64,000 nucleotides of DNA, from positions 11,192-75,191 of IMG/VR virus record IMGVR_UViG_3300032080_000002. The stretch is one strand, 5' to 3'. Both the position numbers and the translations under genes were made by a program. Below the pieces are notes generated by a model, which saw only the letters and a program-made list of their open reading frames with translations, searched no databases and had not been told where the DNA came from. The stretch comes from a virus. This document shows, piece by piece, positions 58,533 to 64,000 of the stretch; the stretch's first letter is position 1; the number at the start of each line of letters is the position of its first letter.

Positions 58533-58781
58533 TTATTTCCCATCGTATGCTTTTTTAAATTCTTCGTATGAATCGAATGTATTATCTTCCTCAGTATTGA
58601 ATTTGAATAGACTTAAAAAGCTTTCTCCTTCGCCTTTGGTTAGGTATAGTGTCTCCGGTATTCCTTCCTGGATGATCATTTCATTCCAGTAATGGTCTTC
58701 TTCATATCCTAGTTTCTTCATCTTAGACATTGTTTGCCGGTAGTCGGGGATGTTTGTTATTTTTATTGCAAAACTTGTCAT
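58533..58781 (-). CDS. Hypothetical protein
   Basis: 82-aa ORF. Confidence 0.65.
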   Translation of the reverse strand: MTSFAIKITNIPDYRQTMSKMKKLGYEEDHYWNEMIIQEGIPETLYLTKGEGESFLSLFKFNTEEDNTFDSYEEFKKAYDGK

Positions 58782-59233
58782 AGCTTTTGTTTTTTTCTAT
58801 GTTCAAAGCATTTATTTCCTGTGCTTGTATTAGGGTAAGCTTTTGTTGGTTTATTGTATTTTAAGCAATCCCCTTTATATATTCCTTTGCCTATTTCTTT
58901 TTCCCTTTTAAAGTGTATACAATCATTGCAGTCTGCGTCTAAATTTTGGCATTCATAAGTTTCCGATGAAAGATATTCTTTTGTGCAATTTTTATGGCAT
59001 GGTTTCCATGAGTTAGGAACCCAATAAGAACTTATATATGCAAAATGATAATTTTCTATCTCTGAATTACAGTGACCACATATTTTAGTTAATTTTGTAT
59101 TTCTTTCAATAAAAAATGTAGCTTGATTTAATTTCTCACTTTTACCATAAATTCTTAAAGCACGCAAATATACTTTAGGTCTAGTATGGTAACAACATAT
59201 TTTGAATAAATCTTTTATATTTATATCTTTCAT
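58778..59233 (-). CDS. Cys-rich Zn-binding hypothetical protein
   Basis: CGHC...CHKNC...CQ..D..CNDC...C...C. Confidence 0.7.
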   Translation of the reverse strand: MKDINIKDLFKICCYHTRPKVYLRALRIYGKSEKLNQATFFIERNTKLTKICGHCNSEIENYHFAYISSYWVPNSWKPCHKNCTKEYLSSETYECQNLDADCNDCIHFKREKEIGKGIYKGDCLKYNKPTKAYPNTSTGNKCFEHRKKQKL

Positions 59234-59351
59234 AGCTTTTGTTTTTTAAACATTACTTGTGACTGAATCTGTCTGTTCTTTCGTGTGTCGTAGGTTTTTT
59301 CTTTTTCCTTGCGATTTTCTTTGTAGATTTGTTTGAAGGCTTGTATGGGTG

Positions 59352-59786
59352 TCATAGCAATTCTGGATTTTCATTGATGTTGCCAATTACTTCAATTTTA
59401 TTTGGTCTTTGTGAATAATAAAGAGGAACAAAATTTCTATCGTCTTCGATTATTTGTTCTGGTGGGCACTTTTTAGACATTAGTGCAAATCCTCCATCTA
59501 CAAATACAACTCTTTGGATTAACTTAGTATCAGGGGTTGAGTGATTATAATATGTAACCATGCAAATATCTCCTTCGTAAATAGGACAATTTTTATTATC
59601 TAAAAGAGTTGTAAATATCTCCCATTTCATTCCTTCCGACCTATGATCCCATTCGGCTACAAATCCTCTATCCGGCATTGTACCATCAAATTTATGTTGC
59701 TGCTTCAAGCATTCAAAAACATTTTCTATGTCGTATAAATAGCTTTGGGATGCAGTATTCCACATTCTTAGTTTAAATTGTTCCAT
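59352..59786 (-). CDS. YopX-family protein
   Basis: FKLRMW...LLDNKNCPIYEGDI...EVIGNINENPELL. Confidence 0.85.
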   Translation of the reverse strand: MEQFKLRMWNTASQSYLYDIENVFECLKQQHKFDGTMPDRGFVAEWDHRSEGMKWEIFTTLLDNKNCPIYEGDICMVTYYNHSTPDTKLIQRVVFVDGGFALMSKKCPPEQIIEDDRNFVPLYYSQRPNKIEVIGNINENPELL

Positions 59787-59788
59787 GG

Positions 59789-60226
59789 TTAAAATATTTT
59801 GTAAATGAAAACGTGTTCTAATTTGAATGTTTTTGATTCAGCTTTTTGCCACGTATTAATTAAATTTGACATATCCATAGCATATCCATATTTAGGATAT
59901 TTATCAATTTTGATTGGATTTTCATCCCAATAATAACCTTGCGCTTCTATCGCTGAAATGAAAGATAAACTTGGAGTGTCGAACGCACTATTTTCATCTT
60001 GAGAATTATAATTTTTATAGACATGACAATCATATTCATTACTAAATCTTTTTTCAACCAATTCTTTCGCTATCTCTTCCGTTAATTCAGATCCTTTGCA
60101 GATTAATTTTAAATTTGATACTTTTGAAGTATTATCTAAAAGTTTATTATTTTTATTGATTTATAGAAGATCTTCTGGCTTATGAAATTCTACAATAAAA
60201 AGTTTTTCCTTTAATTGTAATTCCAT
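59789..60226 (-). pseudogene. Phage hypothetical gene interrupted by in-frame TAA at 60161-60163
   Basis: Own translation MELQLKEKLFIVEFHKPEDLL*INKNNK...ICKGSELTEEIAKELVEKRF, continuous frame into ORF 59789..60061. Confidence 0.65.
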
Positions 60227-60260
60227 ATGTTTTTTTAATGGTATTTCGTTTTGTTTAATT

Positions 60261-60452
60261 TTAAATTGTTCCATTTTTTACTTCTTTTAGTGTTCTAAAT
60301 TTTACAGCGCAGGGAATGTTTGTTTTTTCACATACTAAAATAGCATGATCATGCGGTGAATAAAATTCAATTAATCTTCCTATCACTTTCTCTCCATCAG
60401 TCGTTCCTATATAGCCGATTCCTTCGTATGTTTTTCCGATTGTTACTTTCAT
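60261..60452 (-). CDS. Hypothetical protein
   Basis: 63-aa ORF. Confidence 0.6.
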   Translation of the reverse strand: MKVTIGKTYEGIGYIGTTDGEKVIGRLIEFYSPHDHAILVCEKTNIPCAVKFRTLKEVKNGTI

Positions 60453-60621
60453 TTTATATAGTTATTTGTGATTAAAAAGTAAAGTATTATAAGGAATATT
60501 GTGTAAAGTCCTATTGAAATTCCGGCAGTAATCAAAACCATTTTAACTGCAGAATAGTTTTTGAATTTTGGAACAGTTATCATTATCAAAGAAACTAAAG
60601 CTAATATTGGTATTAATGTGA

Positions 60622-60855
60622 TCATACTTTATATTCTTCTGGTTTTACATTGTCTTCTAAAAAATCTTCTAACAGCATTTCAAAGTATGCTTTCATATTT
60701 AGGGATACTGCGCCGGCTGAATACAAATAAACGCCATGTTCGTTCTTAATAAATGTGTCTGGCTCGTGACCATCAATCCAATTTTGCACGTATTCTTTGA
60801 TCTCTTTTTGTATTTCTTCTTTTGTTTTCATAGTGGGTTTGTTTTTTACATCCAA
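60622..60855 (-). CDS. Hypothetical protein (start probably MKTKEE)
   Basis: 77-aa ORF. Confidence 0.6.
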   Translation of the reverse strand: MDVKNKPTMKTKEEIQKEIKEYVQNWIDGHEPDTFIKNEHGVYLYSAGAVSLNMKAYFEMLLEDFLEDNVKPEEYKV

Positions 60856-61070
60856 TCCGATGTAGAGAAAATTGTTTTAAGGTTTTCATAGTCTGCACAA
60901 TCAGCCATTATACTCCATTTATCTGCCCAAACTTCTTTTACTGCAATTCTTTCAAGGTTGTCAACTCTGTCCTCTATTGCTCTTATTAATAGGTGTTTTT
61001 CATCAGGAGTAAAAAGTTTTTTTATCAGCCATAGACGAATATTGTTTAGATGTATTTTAACTGTTTTCAT
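60846..61070 (-). CDS. Hypothetical protein
   Basis: 74-aa ORF. Confidence 0.65.
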   Translation of the reverse strand: MKTVKIHLNNIRLWLIKKLFTPDEKHLLIRAIEDRVDNLERIAVKEVWADKWSIMADCADYENLKTIFSTSDWM

Positions 61071-61101
61071 AGTGGTTTGTTTTGAATTGGCAAATTAATT
61101 A

Positions 61102-61281
61102 TTAAAATACTTGAATATTTGTTATAGTGTGGTTTATTGGAAATTCTTTGACTATTTCAGCTATCTTTCTGCCAATAGCTAAAGATTTAGAATTCCAAAT
61201 CCAATATCTAATAGTTTTCATTCTATAACCTTCATTGTCGTTTGATTTATAATATACAATTACTTGTTTTTTCACTTTCAT
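61102..61281 (-). CDS. Hypothetical 59-aa protein (not in ORF track)
   Basis: Own translation MKVKKQVIVYYKSNDNEGYRMK...NIQVF. Confidence 0.5.
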   Translation of the reverse strand: MKVKKQVIVYYKSNDNEGYRMKTIRYWIWNSKSLAIGRKIAEIVKEFPINHTITNIQVF

Positions 61282-61304
61282 AACGTTGTTTATTTTTAAG
61301 TTTT

Positions 61305-61499
61305 TTAGAGATGGTTTTTATTTTGTTCTACTAAGATATCGACAGTATCAAAATCATCCGAAACTCTAATTTCAGATTCGTCTGTAAAAACAATTAAAGT
61401 GCAGTCTTTTTTAGGATAATCAGATCCCCAATAATTTTTAATATCATCGGCTTCAATTTCTATTGAATTACCGTTAAAATCATTTAAGTATATTTTCAT
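61305..61499 (-). CDS. Small FlbD/SwrD-like protein (copy 3)
   Basis: YLNDFNGNSIEIEADDI...TLIVFTDESEIRVSDDFDTVDILV. Confidence 0.55.
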   Translation of the reverse strand: MKIYLNDFNGNSIEIEADDIKNYWGSDYPKKDCTLIVFTDESEIRVSDDFDTVDILVEQNKNHL

Positions 61500-61504
61500 A
61501 ATAT

Positions 61505-61717
61505 TTATTGTTTATTAAAGAAAAAATCCATTTCCATTCCAATCCATTTTACACATAAATAAAACGTTTCTAAGTCCGGAATTATTTGTTGGTTGTTTAG
61601 TCGAGATAATGTACTCGCTGAGATCCCTATCTCTTTTGCAGCTTTCCTCACTGATAATTTTCCGTCCTTTTGCCATAATAACAAATATTCTGCGAAAAGT
61701 TCTTTGTTGAAATTCAT
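61505..61717 (-). CDS. XRE/Cro-family HTH regulator
   Basis: LSVRKAAKEIGISASTLSRL...PDLETF. Confidence 0.85.
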   Translation of the reverse strand: MNFNKELFAEYLLLWQKDGKLSVRKAAKEIGISASTLSRLNNQQIIPDLETFYLCVKWIGMEMDFFFNKQ

Positions 61718-61727
61718 GTTTATTTAA

Positions 61728-62042
61728 TTAAGTCCAATGTGGTAACGATATTAATTTAATTTCTGGGATTGTTATACTTGGATAAAGCTTAGTAAATAAA
61801 TCAATTATCTCTTGTTTATTATAGTTTAAATTTAATTCAACTGTTTTATCAGAATCTAATTCTTTTATGAATCCAAAATAAGTATATTCACCATTCATTC
61901 CATCAGTTAAAAATCTTACTTCATTTTCTTTTCTTGAATAGCTGTCATATTTATCATAGTTTTCACTTTCCCAAAATTCCTCTGTAAATTCCGAATCTAA
62001 TTTAAATCCATAAATTAAATAATTTGTTATTCTTGTTGACAT
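61728..62042 (-). CDS. Hypothetical protein
   Basis: 104-aa ORF. Confidence 0.7.
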   Translation of the reverse strand: MSTRITNYLIYGFKLDSEFTEEFWESENYDKYDSYSRKENEVRFLTDGMNGEYTYFGFIKELDSDKTVELNLNYNKQEIIDLFTKLYPSITIPEIKLISLPHWT

Positions 62043-62054
62043 TTTATTATTGTT

Positions 62055-62261
62055 TTAAGTTAATATTTGTAATTTATTTTCATCTTCCATATAATGTAAT
62101 TCTATTTGTGGATTATTTACAACAGCCTCAACGAATTCTAACAGAGAATCTCGGTCTTCTAAACTCTCTTGTAAATATTGCCCCAATCCATAAGGATAAC
62201 TTTGTTGCATATTTTCTGGATTCGATTTCCATATTTCAATCATTTCAATTAGTTCTTTCAT
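62055..62261 (-). CDS. Hypothetical protein
   Basis: 68-aa ORF. Confidence 0.6.
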   Translation of the reverse strand: MKELIEMIEIWKSNPENMQQSYPYGLGQYLQESLEDRDSLLEFVEAVVNNPQIELHYMEDENKLQILT

Positions 62262-62325
62262 AATGACGTGTTTGATTTCCTATTTTGTTTCGCCAAAGAT
62301 ACGAACAATATTTAGTTGTGCAAAT

Positions 62326-62766
62326 TTATTTTGGGTTATTTTTCCTAAACTCGTCAATTTTCCATTGCGGAACTACTAATCTATTTCTTTTCTGTTGAAG
62401 AGTTTCTGGTTTATTTGGATCTTTAATCTTTTTAGGCTTAAAGTATTTTGTTTTCTTTTTAGAGGCGGGATTTATTTTTACCGTTGACTTAATAAAATTC
62501 AAAGTAAGTCTTACTATTTCTCTGGTCTTCAAATCACCTTTAATGACTAATAGACTGCCTTTGTGTTTCAAATGGAATCTTCTGTGACATTTATGGCAGA
62601 GTGTATAATATGAGTTCATTGGATATTCCCAAAGCTCCTTTCCTGGAAGATAGTATGAATGATGGCATTGTAAGAATTGTTTTGATCCGCAAGCTCTGCA
62701 CTTATTTTTATCACGAATAAAAACCTCTGATCTTTTACTTATCCATCTTCTATCTTTGTAGTTCAT
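62326..62766 (-). CDS. HNH endonuclease
   Basis: RDKNKCRACG...LQCHH...TLCHKCHRRFH. Confidence 0.85.
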   Translation of the reverse strand: MNYKDRRWISKRSEVFIRDKNKCRACGSKQFLQCHHSYYLPGKELWEYPMNSYYTLCHKCHRRFHLKHKGSLLVIKGDLKTREIVRLTLNFIKSTVKINPASKKKTKYFKPKKIKDPNKPETLQQKRNRLVVPQWKIDEFRKNNPK

Positions 62767-62793
62767 TTATTTTATCATTTAATTGATATATTA

Positions 62794-63594
62794 CTATAGA
62801 GTGGGGAGCGACCTGTATCCAATCTGAATATTAGAAGGAGTACAATGATAAACCATACCTCTATAGAAATAACTTCTATTATCTATTACATTATATTTTT
62901 TAAGTTCAATAAACTGATTGAAAGAAATTTTGTGGTTGAGTAATTTTACTTTCTCGTTGAACACTTTTATAATTCCTTTTTCTTTAAGAAACTTTTTATA
63001 TTTTGTAATTGTATTTTTATTAGTCCTTTCGATTAGTTCTCCCATCTTTGAAACTGATAGCTGGATATTACTGTTAAATTTCATCTTTCCACCGTTCTTT
63101 TCATATCTGTCAAGACTTTTATATCCTTTAACTTTTATGTTTCCGGAAGCCTTCTTAGATTGCTCTTTCTGGTAATTGTAGTGCTGAATTCTTTTAACAG
63201 CTTTTTCTTGGCTAACAATATTCGATAAGATCGGAATAGTCTGCAGAAAAAACTTAATTTCTTTGAATGAATTTATATTTGCGGGAACGAAGACTCTCTT
63301 TTTTTTAATCCTGAATAATTCGGAATTTTTAGCGAGCTTCATTTCGTATTTACTGAATGATAAAAGACCGTTTTCTTTTAACGTCTTAATATGCTTCATA
63401 AATGCTGTCAAACTGATTTTATGTGCATCAGCTAGGTTCTTGAGCATTTTAGTCTTAGCATTGGCTTTAAAGTAGTAAGCCTTGCCGGAATGTGATTTAC
63501 AAAGGAAAACATAAAGACCTAGTGAATTTAGCCATCCTTCTTGAAAGGCTTTGGCGTAAATTTTACCAGGTATTCTTACTATAATGTTCTCCAT
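62794..63594 (-). CDS. Basic protein with two winged-HTH-like segments (possible replication initiator/regulator; start MENIIV)
   Basis: LADAHKISLTAFMKHIKTLKENGLL and VSKMGELIERTNKNTITKYKKFLKEKGII. Confidence 0.55.
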   Translation of the reverse strand: MENIIVRIPGKIYAKAFQEGWLNSLGLYVFLCKSHSGKAYYFKANAKTKMLKNLADAHKISLTAFMKHIKTLKENGLLSFSKYEMKLAKNSELFRIKKKRVFVPANINSFKEIKFFLQTIPILSNIVSQEKAVKRIQHYNYQKEQSKKASGNIKVKGYKSLDRYEKNGGKMKFNSNIQLSVSKMGELIERTNKNTITKYKKFLKEKGIIKVFNEKVKLLNHKISFNQFIELKKYNVIDNRSYFYRGMVYHCTPSNIQIGYRSLPTL

Positions 63595-63607
63595 TACAAA
63601 ACACAAT

Positions 63608-63709
63608 AAACCCGAAGCTTGAAAAGTAAAAATTTGCAACAATCCTACAATCAGGGGGCTTCGGGTTTGAATTTTGTTTTCACCTAATTGTTGTAATTAG
63701 GATTGTTGC
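63608..63709 (-). promoter_or_regulatory. Structured 5' leader with interleaved inverted repeats
   Basis: 63608-63618 pairs with 63658-63668 (11 bp); 63636-63647 pairs with 63698-63709 (12 bp). Confidence 0.7.
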
Positions 63710-63755
63710 GTGGTAAAGATATGAATTATTTCCATACCACCAAACATTTTTGTGA

Positions 63756-63998
63756 TTATTTTTTGATTATTTCATATTTTCTAACTTGAGACGCGATTAT
63801 TAAACTATGTATTCTGTCATTGTATCTTAAATCACCTTTGTATAAAGTTATAAAAGATGGTGGGGCAGTTATTGTGTCTTTGTCTCCGTTTGAATAGGTT
63901 AGTTCTATGATCTCCTTTGTTGTGTCTACGTGCGTTTCTTTGTAAATTGATACAGATAGGTAAAATAGTCCTATAATTCCTAGAGAGGCGTATATGAA
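63756..63998 (-). CDS. Partial CDS truncated by window edge, N-terminal TM helix
   Basis: Open frame ...FIYASLGIIGLFYLSVSIYKETH...YEIIKK* to TAA at 63756. Confidence 0.55.
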   Translation of the reverse strand, partial: FIYASLGIIGLFYLSVSIYKETHVDTTKEIIELTYSNGDKDTITAPPSFITLYKGDLRYNDRIHSLIIASQVRKYEIIKK

Positions 63999-64000
63999 TA

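Noticed and set aside
333-60226. Ochre-suppressor system explaining the two in-frame TAA codons
   Set aside because: The tRNA-like RNA has no TTA triplet in its central domain and most genes end normally in TAA.
1249-63475. Numerous 60-146 aa antisense ORFs in the track (e.g. 14101, 26748, 35413, 54597, 58049)
   Set aside because: They shadow longer, motif-bearing genes on the opposite strand and have atypical composition.
1-64000. DGR/retron, integrase, DNA polymerase
   Set aside because: No RT (YxDD context), tyrosine/serine recombinase or polymerase motifs recognised in any ORF; they could lie outside the window.

Overview
AT-rich phage or prophage DNA with no host housekeeping genes; the TAnnTTTG promoters, A-rich translation starts and DUF3127 SSB point to a Bacteroidota (probably Flavobacteriales) host. 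The centre (12.8-47.2 kb) is a complete podovirus-type virion and lysis module resembling crAss-like phages: scaffold, major capsid, adaptor/ring proteins, an inverted portal-TerL-TerS block, tail stabilisation protein, GNAT, ejection proteins including a 3080-aa polyvalent protein, Ig/cadherin-like proteins, SGNH tail fibre, holin-like proteins and endolysin. The flanks carry many small accessory genes and a lambdoid-style replication/recombination set (initiator C-terminal domain, DnaC-like loader, RuvC-like resolvase, SSB, HNH proteins, C5 methyltransferase, XRE and excisionase-like HTH). No DNA polymerase, RNA polymerase, integrase, RT or CRISPR array is seen in the window. Most notable: (1) a PD-(D/E)XK nuclease-FtsK motor fusion next to a putative annealase; (2) a 100-nt tRNA-like RNA whose anticodon domain is replaced by GAAA hairpins, flanked by antisense-like small RNAs; (3) a metallopeptidase/ART/LPD38-type ejection protein where characterised crAss-like phages encode a virion RNA polymerase; (4) five adjacent cadherin-like paralogues ending in a nucleotidyltransferase; (5) an interleaved inverted-repeat (pseudoknot-like) leader on a double-wHTH gene. 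All family assignments come from motif recognition by eye, not database searches.
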